From positions 4,256,001-4,320,000 of the forward strand of contig CP181291.1 of assembly GCA_052279835.1 (NCBI GenBank): a stretch of 64,000 nucleotides of DNA, read 5' to 3'. The notes beneath the pieces were generated by a model that was not told where the DNA came from, made no database searches, and worked only from the letters and a program-made list of their open reading frames with translations. This DNA comes from Microcoleus sp. (GTDB taxonomy: Bacteria; Cyanobacteriota; Cyanobacteriia; Cyanobacteriales; Microcoleaceae). This document shows, piece by piece, positions 10,901-19,502 of this stretch. The first letter of the stretch is position 1; every line of letters starts with the position of its first letter. Both the position numbers and the translations under genes were made by a program.

Positions 10901-11024
10901 AAGGATTATGAGTCGGCGACTTCTCTAAAATTGCTAAAATCTTATCCAATAAGTCACTAAAGTCAACCGCAACTAAATCCGTATCAGCCGTTGTTAGGGT
11001 ATTCACTCTGCAACCTCCTCGCAC
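7980..11024 (-). CDS. Uncharacterised ~1010-aa protein, paralog of 1322-4357; C-terminal putative MID/PIWI-like module (likely start GTG 11006)
   Basis: Long ORF whose stop overlaps the helicase ATG; GAGGAGG SD (11014-11020) lies 7 nt before GTG at 11006; motifs shared with paralog along whole length. Confidence 0.85.
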   Translation of the reverse strand: MRGGCRVNTLTTADTDLVAVDFSDLLDKILAILEKSPTHNPFKIHGNGDRLLIDIDSIAEAVAGLGVENPLGASQRGARTATVNFTPGFRERFPSQITKIKNSLKARLESAIKQENQQLAIEQFVANLITDLQHFKSNSAKLDFSYPFGNYSGLQKQRLSITKNPSSKELLKFHKLTITVGKTSTFNTELKQGLENYIKSQFASASDSQREDLDFILQDLEEDPKSDFYKIKEIVDTETIGKLKKQAQICYLEFLEDNLSTNNNPSNTEGIIYLKDLIRRLKLIDEYIGNLKNGDGHYSVNYAGTDLNYRDAFARAESFDMLPIIPKIEGYLGETKDENKGDIQFVFGLKLKFNNQVQAYGGKTVFEYYLNLLDPESEEHKAELADPTRKEIFARKLLKLVFLYYFIFAGKDPSVKDYTVNSDLEYDPIPGFEEKVLKTFNESDEAAKQKLLRGIKRGFEQYNIASKIDTLKHLLQKLLKHKHLPKEFPLHISVRKSILEDSMKTISTNSTFFKPELRTKPKEVLKYIAISPAKATENSLCTLAAKIAISDVHYFATDDLQSFSMEYDVTGVKALPVLIRPNEQQCTAVYNRFYQQRKLVEFTYSLASNKWDAKKTFVYRFTFDLLAYTCLKLLLQKQSRLFIPILRLQLSNQQSDSPVEEFMRSLSKRLSHLLNEEHRSNSQGIDIRNIEYKAPNVMSSLYSVLPKKFTFTNPSDAPKELDKLAIVIVSSRESDARWNSEQKLSNLQGEIVGAIRQKDGSVRLQLLKTFSETYEHEQMFKEPTVVRDEIGKVYKLGFRHFLYIAKAPYSSTLHMTQKEDALFFMSKDVIAYFKENYDDIKIYPMFFDKYYAVKLSEKLVVNSLYIQDTLELTALVKDPSKRSIVFFNLFNGLVVGAEAERNYRGVISYATLLNIYKDILDDRHIYQGLIDDTQLKNDILQYLTLFHFSRYEKESGKNAKISFKLDPYENLIGDQSVGKLSLYKHMGGVAEFNALAFLTKVKEVLNAPTGGTQS

Positions 11025-11133
11025 CGCTTGATAACTTATGCAATTGGGCTATGATAGCCCATATTGATTTATTAGTCAAGCAACTTGATTTATGTCTTTA
11101 CTTGCAAAATAGTTCTTAAGTTCTATATCCCCT

Positions 11134-11403
11134 TCAAAAAGCTTGAATCCACTCTTTCACATCGTATTCAGTCCAAACCTGATTCACCCAATAAGGATCG
11201 GCCTCAACTAATTCTCGCACAGTCGCCTCGTTTTCGGCTTCGTAAATTGCAAAAACTTTGGTTAAATCTTTGGTAGGTCCGATCGTACTTAATATACCCG
11301 ATTCCTTCTGCTTAGCCAATCCTGCTAAATGAGCGTCTCGAAACGGAGCACGTTTTTCGAGGACATCTTCGCAGTAACTTCCCCACATCACATATTTAGT
11401 CAT
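11134..11403 (-). CDS. YciI family protein
   Basis: EKRAPFRDAHLAGL, GPT, ADPYW motifs; ATG at 11403 (MTKYVMWG) preferred over the upstream GTG, which overlaps DUF29. Confidence 0.85.
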   Translation of the reverse strand: MTKYVMWGSYCEDVLEKRAPFRDAHLAGLAKQKESGILSTIGPTKDLTKVFAIYEAENEATVRELVEADPYWVNQVWTEYDVKEWIQAF

Positions 11404-11425
11404 ATCTGTCAATCTCTCAAAAAAT

Positions 11426-11863
11426 CTAAATTTCAGGCTGTTTATCCACAATCAATGCGATCGCCATTTTCATAATATCATCTCGGTTCACCATCTTGGC
11501 AATTTCTTCGACATCATAGATTCCTTCAAAAGCTTCTAAAGCCGCCGACTTCAACGCAGATTCATAGGCATCCTCCAAAGTCTCGACTAATTCCTCTTCC
11601 GTGAGATAAGTGCCTTTCGCTTTATGTCGCTTGTTGGTGCGTTGAATTTGCTTAATTGAATTAAAAATCGAAGTTTCCCAAGACTTAGTAGTACGGTTTT
11701 CAGCAACTTTTTTAATCAGATGCAGTAGCACAATAATGCCATAACTGAAAATTTTGTTAAGCTTGTCGGACTTACTCATTTCTTCTAATTCTTCCACCAA
11801 CACTAGAGCCTCCGCAACCTTACCTCGATGTAGCAACTCCTTCAACTCCATTAATTCTTCCAT
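11426..11863 (-). CDS. DUF29 family protein
   Basis: EELEEMSKSD..LLHLIK..RTTKSWETSI pattern typical of cyanobacterial DUF29. Confidence 0.75.
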   Translation of the reverse strand: MEELMELKELLHRGKVAEALVLVEELEEMSKSDKLNKIFSYGIIVLLHLIKKVAENRTTKSWETSIFNSIKQIQRTNKRHKAKGTYLTEEELVETLEDAYESALKSAALEAFEGIYDVEEIAKMVNRDDIMKMAIALIVDKQPEI

Positions 11864-11906
11864 AAAATTTCATGTTGTTATCATTTAATATATTATACTA
11901 AAGTCC

Positions 11907-11954
11907 GGCGGTTGGAAACCGCGCCTACACAAACAAAACCCACCTCCGTGGGTT
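11907..11954. repeat. Double-hairpin dispersed repeat, copy 1
   Basis: GGCGGTTGGAAACCGCGCCTACACAAACAAAACCCACCTCCGTGGGTT, near-identical to copies at 12562 and 12624. Confidence 0.85.
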
Positions 11955-11986
11955 ATAATATTACTAAATTCATAGAGGAGAAAGCT

Positions 11987-12571
11987 ATGACTTTATTAGA
12001 CATTCGCCTGTTGACGGTTCAAGAATATCACCGAATGGCAGAAATTGGGATTCTTGATGAAGATGAACGAGTAGAATTATTGGCTGGACAGATAGTTAAG
12101 ATGGCCGCAAAAGGAACAGCACATGGTGCAGGAGTGAAACGGACTGTAGAGCTATTAGAGAACCGTTTAGGAAGGTTGGTATTGGTAAGTGTACAAGATC
12201 CAGTTCGGTTAAATAATTACTCGGAACCTGAACCAGATATTGCTTTGCTGGTGCGAGATCCACTTTACTATGAAGACCATCATTCAACTCCTTCTGAAGT
12301 TTATCTGATTATTGAGGTTGCTGATACTACGCTGAGGACTGATTTGGGGATTAAAGCGACAATTTATGCTCAGTCAGGAATTACAGATTATTGGGTCTTG
12401 GATGTTAATAATCGCCAACTTCATGTATTTCGAGAACCTACTCAGGATGGTTATCAAAGTATAGCAGTTCTTGGGGATGATGCGAGTATTTCTCCTCTGC
12501 AATTTCCTGATATTTCTTTCGATGTGCGAGATATGTTGCGGCCTTTAATTAGAGAATCCATGGCGGTTTAA
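11987..12571 (+). CDS. Uma2 family PD-(D/E)xK endonuclease (DUF820)
   Basis: LTVQEYHRM, RVELLAGQIV, SEPEPDIA, LIIEVAD, K..IYAQSGITDYWVLD; GAGGAG SD before ATG 11987. Confidence 0.9.
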   Translation: MTLLDIRLLTVQEYHRMAEIGILDEDERVELLAGQIVKMAAKGTAHGAGVKRTVELLENRLGRLVLVSVQDPVRLNNYSEPEPDIALLVRDPLYYEDHHSTPSEVYLIIEVADTTLRTDLGIKATIYAQSGITDYWVLDVNNRQLHVFREPTQDGYQSIAVLGDDASISPLQFPDISFDVRDMLRPLIRESMAV

Positions 12572-12675
12572 ACCGCGTCTACACAGACAAAACCCACCTC
12601 CGTGGGTTCAATAAGAATCCCCTGGCGGTTTAAACCGCGTCTACACAGACAAAACCCACCTCCGTGGGTTCAATA
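12553..12675. repeat. Double-hairpin dispersed repeat, two tandem ~61-bp copies
   Basis: AGAATCC..TGGCGGTTTAAACCGCGTCTACACAGACAAAACCCACCTCCGTGGGTTCAATA twice. Confidence 0.9.
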
Positions 12676-12741
12676 AAGAGGCCTAGTAAGAGTTATAGGG
12701 GTTCCCAGACACAGCCGGGAACCAGTTAATTTGCTAGTTTT

Positions 12742-15189
12742 CTAGCTTCTCAAGCTAACGCCGAATTTCTCGACTAAAACATCGCGCACTTTTTGTTGGG
12801 CTGGTTCGACATCGGTGTCGCTTAAGGTTCGATCGCCTGCACGATATACTAACCTAAAAGCTAAACTGCGTTGACCCGCCGGCACGTTGTCGCCACGATA
12901 TTCGTCGAACAATTCCACCGAATCTAGTAAGTTACCGGCGGCTTTTTTCATGGCGCTTTGCATATCGACAACGGGAACTTCAATGGGTGCGAAAAATGCA
13001 ATGTCTCTGTCAGAAGCGGGGAAACTCGAATAACTGGTGAATTTGCTAGGGGCATTGTGCGATCGCTCCAAATTAGCTACTAACACTGCTAAATCTAATT
13101 GAAACACATAAACCTGCTCTGGCAAATCTTTTTCTTGCTGCAATTGCGGGTGTAACTGTCCAAAAATCCCCAAAGGTTTCCCGTTTAAGGATAATGCAGC
13201 CGTGCGCCCTGGATGCAAGCGAGAATTAGAGGAATCACTAGCATATTCGACCACCAAACCCAATTGTTGAAAGGTACTTTCTAGAATACCTTTGGCCTCA
13301 AACCAAGTCAAAGGGCGATCGCGCCCGGATTGTTGCCATTTCCACACTGTTGGGTCGCCTCCAATAATCCCGGCAACTGCGTCTGCTTCTTTCATGGCAT
13401 CCCCTTCTTTCCAGAAAATGCGACCGACTTCAAAACCGTTGAGTGCGCCGTTTCCTTGCTCCAAATTGTAGGCGAAAGCATCTATCAAACCCGACAGCAT
13501 TTCCGTCCGTAAAGCTGAATACTCGACAAACAGGGGATTTGCTAAAACCACCTGATCTTCTCCCTCAGTTTTGACTAAAGAATAGTGCATCAATTCTGTC
13601 AAACCGGCCGCCCGAAAAGCCGATCGCACATTCCGAATTGCCGCGTATTCTGGTGACAGATAACCTGGTTCCGTTTTGCTTGGTAAAGTCTCGCAGAAAT
13701 TGTCGTAGCCGTGAAGTCTGGCAACTTCTTCAATTAAATCAATTTCTCTTTCTAAATCCCGGTAGCGGTAAGGTGGAACTGCAACTGTCAATACCCGTTC
13801 TTTCTGTGCCGGAACCACTTCGCATCCCAAAGCGGTGAGAATGTTTTTTACTTCTTGCGGTTCCAAATATTCAGAACCACCTGTTTGGCCTCTTTTTAAT
13901 TTGCCTAAAACTAGATTTATGCGATCGAGACGCAATTCGAGAGTCCGGGAAAAACTCAAATCATCCCCACCAGAATTCGCCGTTTTCTGTGCTGTGGCAA
14001 CGCCTCCCGCCAACTCCAAAATTAGGGATAGGGCGCGGTTGCAAGCTGTCGCCAAGGCTGCTTGATTCACTCCCCGTTCGTAGCGGATCGAAGACTCACT
14101 TCGCAGGCCTTGAGCGCGCGCTGAACGGCGAATTGTGGCTTGGTCAAAAATTGCTGCTTCTAAGATTAAGTTTTGGGTGCCGTCGTGCACTTCTGTTTCT
14201 TCGCCGCCCATGACACCAGCCAAAGCTACGGGTTTGTCGCTAGCAGTAATTAGCAAATTTTGCGATCGCAAATTGCGGTTTTGTCCATCCAAGGTTTTGA
14301 AGGATTCGCCTGTTTTGGCAAACCGGACACCGATGTTGATATCTGGATTGCCGGTGAAAGATTGTAGGCGATCGCGATCGAAGGCGTGCAAGGGCTGACC
14401 CCATTCCAGTAAAATGTAATTAGTGACGTCAACTACATTATTAATCGGCCGCACTCCCGCCGCCTGCAACCGCTGCTGCAACCAAGCTGGAGACGGTGCA
14501 ATTTTCACTCCTTCAATCGCCGTCCCGGTGTAAATCGGGCAGCCTTCCGACTCCGCTATTTCTACTGTTAAATTTGGGCTGTCTGTTGGCTGAATTGCCA
14601 CATCTGCTGGTGCGGGAATTCTCAACTTTGCCCCTGTCAGCGCCGCTACTTCCCGCGCCACACCAACCATACTCAAAGCATCAGCACGATTCGCCGTTGC
14701 TGTCAAGTCTAAAATGACATCATCTAAACCTAAAAGCGGGCGAATATCACTGCCCAATTCCGGGTTTTCTAAGTCAAAGATGTGAATTCCTGCCGATTCT
14801 TTGGATAGTCCCAATTCTGCTAGAGAACAAATCATGCCGGCGGAGGGAACACCCCGCAATTTCGCGGGTTTAATTTTTAAATCTATCTGAGATAAAAAAG
14901 TCCCGACTACCGCGACGGGCACGTAAATGTCTGCCCTAGCGTTGGGTGCGCCACAAACAATATTTAAAGCTTCTGGTTGGCAGACATCTACTTGACAAAC
15001 TCTCAACTTGTCTGCATTGGGATGTTGTTCGATCGCCACTATTTTACCCAAAACCACGCCGTCGGCCCAAGTACGTCGGTCTTCGATCTCTTCTACTTCA
15101 AATCCGGCCATGGTCAGAGTTTCGGCTAGTTCTTCCGGGGCGATCGCCACATCCACCAATTCCCGCAGCCAATTTAGAGAAATACGCAT
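12742..15189 (-). CDS. pheT: Phenylalanine--tRNA ligase beta subunit
   Basis: [44 protein letters not shown]-terminal FDX-ACB (RDIAF..FDEY). Confidence 0.98.
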   Translation of the reverse strand: MRISLNWLRELVDVAIAPEELAETLTMAGFEVEEIEDRRTWADGVVLGKIVAIEQHPNADKLRVCQVDVCQPEALNIVCGAPNARADIYVPVAVVGTFLSQIDLKIKPAKLRGVPSAGMICSLAELGLSKESAGIHIFDLENPELGSDIRPLLGLDDVILDLTATANRADALSMVGVAREVAALTGAKLRIPAPADVAIQPTDSPNLTVEIAESEGCPIYTGTAIEGVKIAPSPAWLQQRLQAAGVRPINNVVDVTNYILLEWGQPLHAFDRDRLQSFTGNPDINIGVRFAKTGESFKTLDGQNRNLRSQNLLITASDKPVALAGVMGGEETEVHDGTQNLILEAAIFDQATIRRSARAQGLRSESSIRYERGVNQAALATACNRALSLILELAGGVATAQKTANSGGDDLSFSRTLELRLDRINLVLGKLKRGQTGGSEYLEPQEVKNILTALGCEVVPAQKERVLTVAVPPYRYRDLEREIDLIEEVARLHGYDNFCETLPSKTEPGYLSPEYAAIRNVRSAFRAAGLTELMHYSLVKTEGEDQVVLANPLFVEYSALRTEMLSGLIDAFAYNLEQGNGALNGFEVGRIFWKEGDAMKEADAVAGIIGGDPTVWKWQQSGRDRPLTWFEAKGILESTFQQLGLVVEYASDSSNSRLHPGRTAALSLNGKPLGIFGQLHPQLQQEKDLPEQVYVFQLDLAVLVANLERSHNAPSKFTSYSSFPASDRDIAFFAPIEVPVVDMQSAMKKAAGNLLDSVELFDEYRGDNVPAGQRSLAFRLVYRAGDRTLSDTDVEPAQQKVRDVLVEKFGVSLRS

Positions 15190-15590
15190 AGTTTAGTTAG
15201 TAGTCATTAGTTATTAGTCATTAGTCCCTAGGAATTATCAAAATTTCTGACGCATACCTAATAGACATCTGGCAAAAAGCCAGTCTTGAACAGACAGGAT
15301 GCCTGTTCCACAATAATTATAGGAGATGTCTGATGACTAATGCCTTCTGCATTCTACCTTCTGGCGAATACCATTTGTTATAACTATCTAGCCCCAGAAT
15401 CAATCCAGGACTCTTAATATCATATTTAGTGAATATTGTCAAGATGTTTGAGCGATTTATCAGAAAAAACGATAATTTTCCCCAAAGGGAGATGGATCTT
15501 GGCGGATGAGTAACATTCTCATGCGAGAGAATGAGGTATGCTAGAGATATCGAAAAGTGCAAACAGCACCTAAGTTTAGAAAGACTTTAC

Positions 15591-15648
15591 CGGGCAAGTT
15601 GACTGGTTGAACCCAGAATCCCCGTACCTGTATGTCGGGGAGTGTCAA
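15591..15648 (+). mobile_element. Orphan IS200/IS605 right-end relic
   Basis: GAATCCCCGtacctgtatgtCGGGGAGTGTCAA: GAAT guide + hairpin + TCAA, same layout as the right end at 17156-17190, with no tnpB upstream. Confidence 0.7.
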
Positions 15649-15866
15649 ACAAAAAAGGATAGCTTTAGCAAGCCTTTAAACTATCTTCCCGGATAATCAA
15701 CTGAAAAAACTCACAGCAGCGAGATGGTAAAAAAAGGGAAAAGATAGCAGCCTAAAAGACTTAGGTGTAATTCTAATTCGCGATCGGACCCACAGCCCTG
15801 GGCAACTGAGAGATAAGTATTTCTAGCAGAAGCAGGAACCGGGGATTTGTGCCCCGCGCCCATGAC

Positions 15867-17190
15867 CAAGAAAATGGGATACAAGCCCCGTCCTTTTAGG
15901 ACGGCTTTTCTTGATTTCTAATATACTCCTTCAAGACCTCCAAAGGTTCGCCGCCAACGGAAACGGCAAAATAACTAGGACTCCACACAGCCATGAAAGC
16001 AAGATATCGCTACAGATTTTACCCAACCAGCCAACAGCAGCAGAACCTAGCTCAACTTTTTGGCTGTGTGCGGGTAGTCTGGAACGATGCTCTTGCCCTG
16101 TGCAAGCAGTCTAAGAAAAAGCCGAGTTCAGCGGATTTGCAAAAAATCGTCATTACCCAAGCCAAGAATACTGAGGAAAGGGTTTGGCTAGGAGATGTGT
16201 CGTGCGTTCCACTGCAACAATCGGTTGCCGATTTAGATGTTGCTTTCAAGAACTTTTTCAACTCCTGCAAGGGGAAAAGAAAAGGACGCAAAGTTGGATA
16301 TCCTAAGTTCAAGAAAAGGACTAACAGCCAATCGGCACGTTTTAGAGTTGGAGGGTTTTCTTTAAAAGGTGATGGAATTTATCTAGCTAAGATTGGAATT
16401 GTCAATCCAATATGGTCAAGGAAATTGCCATCTGAACCTAGTTCGGTCACGGTAACTAAGGATTGTGCAAACCGTTATTTCTTGAGCTTTGTAGTAGAGC
16501 TTCAACCTGAATTGGTTGAAGCTAAAAACCCCAGTATCGGAATCGACCTAGGAATCAAAACTTTCGCAGTAATGAGTAATGGTGATCGAGCCGAAAGTCC
16601 TAGCTATAAAAAGTTAGACCGGAAAGTTCGTAAACTACAACGCAAGTTAGCACGTCAACCAAAAGATTCTAGGAGAAGAAATGTAACTCGAATTAGAATC
16701 GCTAAGCTGCACAATCAAATTGCCGATACTCGCAAAGACGAACTGCACAAATTTTCAACCAAAATAGTCAACGAAAACCAAGTGATTGTTTTGGAAGACC
16801 TCAATGTGTCTGGCATGGTCAAGAATCGGAAACTTTCTCGTGCAATCAGCCAGCAGGGGTGGTACGAATTTAGAACGCTTTGCGAGGCTAAATCTGAGAA
16901 GTTTGGCAGGGAGTTCAAGGTGATTAGTAGGTGGGAGCCTACCAGTCAAGTTTGTTCAGGCTGTGGATTTAAGTGGGGCAAAATCGATTTATCTATTCGC
17001 TCGATACTTTGTTTGAGTTGTGGCACGCTCGCAGATAGAGATGAAAACGCCGCTAGGAATATAGAAATGGTCGGCATGGGGCATCGGCACGACCTTAAAT
17101 GTACGGTGAGACAGAGTAAGACTATCAAAGGTAGCATCAGTCGATGAAGCGTAAAGAATCCCCACGCGTTTACGCCGGGGAGTATGTCAA
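15867..17190 (+). mobile_element. Non-autonomous IS200/IS605-family (IS1341-type, tnpB-only) element
   Basis: Left end: TGAC (15863-15866), 15 nt, CAAG, hairpin CCGTCCTtttAGGACGG. Right end: GAATCCCC..GGGGAGTATGTCAA ending 17190. No tnpA. Confidence 0.85.
15993..17147 (+). CDS. tnpB: RNA-guided endonuclease TnpB
   Basis: N-terminal YRYRFYPT..FGCVRVVWN; RuvC GIDLG, VLEDL, DRDENAARNI; Zn ribbon CSGC..CLSC. Confidence 0.95.
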   Translation: MKARYRYRFYPTSQQQQNLAQLFGCVRVVWNDALALCKQSKKKPSSADLQKIVITQAKNTEERVWLGDVSCVPLQQSVADLDVAFKNFFNSCKGKRKGRKVGYPKFKKRTNSQSARFRVGGFSLKGDGIYLAKIGIVNPIWSRKLPSEPSSVTVTKDCANRYFLSFVVELQPELVEAKNPSIGIDLGIKTFAVMSNGDRAESPSYKKLDRKVRKLQRKLARQPKDSRRRNVTRIRIAKLHNQIADTRKDELHKFSTKIVNENQVIVLEDLNVSGMVKNRKLSRAISQQGWYEFRTLCEAKSEKFGREFKVISRWEPTSQVCSGCGFKWGKIDLSIRSILCLSCGTLADRDENAARNIEMVGMGHRHDLKCTVRQSKTIKGSISR

Positions 17191-17223
17191 TAGATGAGAA
17201 AAACATAGGCACTGTCAATCAAC

Positions 17224-18858
17224 ATGAGCTACTGCGTAAATCCCGGCTGTCCACATCCTCAAAATCCACCTGACTCGATCGTTCAGTGTCAGGCCTGCGG
17301 TGCGCGATTGCTGCTGCGTGCTCGGTATCAAGTAATTCAACCGTTAGGACAAGGAGGATTTGGGGCAACATTTCTGGCAAAAGATATATCTTTGCCCGGT
17401 CAGCCGAGTTGCGTAGTCAAGCAACTGCGACCAAGTAGTACGTCGCCACGAGTTCTAGAAATGGCGCGGGAATTATTTAAGCGAGAGGCAAAAACCCTAG
17501 GCAAACTGGGGGATCACCCCCAGGTACCCAGGCTGCTAGATTACTTTGAGGCAGAACAACAATTTTTTTTGGTTCAAGAGTATGTTAAAGGCTCGACTTT
17601 AAAACAAGAAGTCAAACAATCGGGTCGTTTAAATGAATCAGATGTTAAAAATTTTCTCTTGGAAATTCTGCCAGTAGTGCAATATATCCACAGCCAAGGA
17701 GTAATTCACCGGGACATAAAACCCGCGAATATTATTCGCCGAGTTCAAGACAACCACTTGGTGTTAATTGATTTTGGAGCAGTCAAAGATCAAGTCAGCC
17801 AAACATTATTATTAGACCCCACCGACCAAAGCGCCAACACCAAATTTTCCGTGGGGACCTTTAGTTTTGCCCCGCCGGAACAAATGGCAATGCGACCAGT
17901 ATTTGCCAGCGATATCTATGCCTTGGGCATGACTTGTCTGTATTTGCTGACAGCAAAATCGCCCAAAGATTTAGATTTCGATGGAGTCACCGGCGAAATT
18001 GTGTGGCAGCATCACGTTCACCTCAGTGCCAGTTTCGCGCGGATTCTGGAAAAAATGCTGAAACCGATGGTGGGACACCGCTTCCAATCAGCAGCCGATG
18101 TCCTCAGAGCTCTGAATGGTCAATTTGAAGACCCAAGCCTTCTCGATGGCTTAGCGACTCAATTCAACGGCAATAATGGCACTGTTGAAGAACCGACCAT
18201 ATTTAATGATGAGGGTTCTTCCTGGCCTTCCTCCAAGACTAACAAGACTAAAATGAATCGGGGATCGAAGCCGGGGCCCGCCGGTAGAAGTTCCCTAAAT
18301 CCATCCGGGAACACGGGGATGCAGCCGAGAGTTTCGCGCACTCTGGCTGAGTCCGGCAGAACCTTCGGCACAGTGGGACATTCCAGTGGCAATTTAGCAG
18401 CGTCAAAGTTACCGAAAGTCACTCCCAAGTGGGATAGTAACAGCGTGCGATCGGCATATTTTAAAGGCAAGCGCGATTTTGCAGACTGCGAACTATCTGG
18501 TCTGCAACTACAAAAAGCGCAGTTGGCGGGGGGAAATTTTTATCAGGCAAAGCTGGTGAAAACGAATTTGCAAGCAGCAGATTTGTCGGGGGCAAATTTG
18601 GGTCATGCGAGATTGATCGGGGCGAATTTGCGAGATGCTAATTTGGCTGAAGCTTATTGCAGTACGGCTAATTTTGAAGGGGCTGATTTCAGAGGTGCGG
18701 ACTTGACGGGGGCTTATTTGAGCAAGGCGAATTTACGGGGGGCAAATTTGTCGGGGGCGAATCTGACTAACGCTACAATTAGTGAAGAACAACTGGCAAT
18801 GGCCAAGACGAATTGGATGACTATTAAACCCGATGGTAAGCGAGGTTTTGGATTTTAA
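17224..18858 (+). CDS. Ser/Thr protein kinase with N-terminal Cys motif and C-terminal pentapeptide repeats (SpkB-like)
   Basis: MSYCVNPGC..CQACG, LGQGGFG, VVKQL, HRDIKPAN, DFG, APPEQ; A(N/D)LxG pentapeptides. Confidence 0.92.
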   Translation: MSYCVNPGCPHPQNPPDSIVQCQACGARLLLRARYQVIQPLGQGGFGATFLAKDISLPGQPSCVVKQLRPSSTSPRVLEMARELFKREAKTLGKLGDHPQVPRLLDYFEAEQQFFLVQEYVKGSTLKQEVKQSGRLNESDVKNFLLEILPVVQYIHSQGVIHRDIKPANIIRRVQDNHLVLIDFGAVKDQVSQTLLLDPTDQSANTKFSVGTFSFAPPEQMAMRPVFASDIYALGMTCLYLLTAKSPKDLDFDGVTGEIVWQHHVHLSASFARILEKMLKPMVGHRFQSAADVLRALNGQFEDPSLLDGLATQFNGNNGTVEEPTIFNDEGSSWPSSKTNKTKMNRGSKPGPAGRSSLNPSGNTGMQPRVSRTLAESGRTFGTVGHSSGNLAASKLPKVTPKWDSNSVRSAYFKGKRDFADCELSGLQLQKAQLAGGNFYQAKLVKTNLQAADLSGANLGHARLIGANLRDANLAEAYCSTANFEGADFRGADLTGAYLSKANLRGANLSGANLTNATISEEQLAMAKTNWMTIKPDGKRGFGF

Positions 18859-18861
18859 GAA

Positions 18862-19405
18862 GTTATTGGTTATTGGTTATTGGTTATTGGTTATTGGTTA
18901 TTGGTTATTGGTTATTGGTTATTGGTTATTTGTTATTGGTTATTTGTTATTTGTTATTGGGCAACCCCCCCAAGGAGTGATATCGTTTCCGGTTGCATCG
19001 GAATGATTTAACCACAGAGAACACAGAGAACACAGAGAGATCAGAGAGAAATGAATAATTCCGATGAATAGAGGAATTGATATGAATTGGGAATTGGGAA
19101 TTGGGAACTGGGAATTGGGAATTGGGAACTGGGAATTGGGCAACTCCCCCCTACCCCCCCAAGGGGGGAATTGCGAATTGGGAATTGGCGATTGGGAATT
19201 GGGAATTGGGAACTGGGAATTGGGAATTGGGAATTGGCGATTGGGCAACCCCCCCCTACCCCCCCCAAGGGGGGAATTGCGAATGGGGAATTGAAACTGA
19301 CAACTAAAAACAAATAACCAATAACCAATAACCAATAACCAATAACCAATAACCAATAACCAATAACCAATAACCAATAACCAATAACCAATAACCAATA
19401 ACCAA
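18862..19405. repeat. Compound repeat cluster: (GTTATTG)n, MITE, (GGGAATT)n with C/G palindromes, (CAATAAC)n
   Basis: Directly visible heptamer arrays (STRR-type); outer arrays are reverse complements of each other. Confidence 0.95.
18980..19083 (+). mobile_element. ~104-bp MITE-like element
   Basis: ATATCGTTTCC..ATCGGAATGATT / AATAATTCCGAT..GGAATTGATAT imperfect terminal inverted repeats; copies elsewhere in window. Confidence 0.75.
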
Positions 19406-19502
19406 TTCCCCTAATCAGGTAATTCTCTTGGAGGAAGCCCGATCGCCCGTTGGCCACCTAAATTGAACATTCAGCAAGGTCGGACTCGATCGCACCTAAC
19501 CC

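Noticed and set aside
1322..11024. Prophage or integrative element boundaries around the operon
   Set aside because: No integrase, att-like direct repeats or tRNA seen
12553..12675. Possible CRISPR array
   Set aside because: Units are adjacent near-identical tandem copies with no unique spacers, and there are no cas genes
15317..15562. 81-aa ORF as a possible tnpA or small gene upstream of pheT
   Set aside because: No HUH/Tyr or serine recombinase motifs; lies outside the deduced IS ends
18940..19457. Several ORFs (LLVIGYW, GIGNWEL, PIPNSQF repeats)
   Set aside because: Translations of heptamer DNA repeats that are open in many frames
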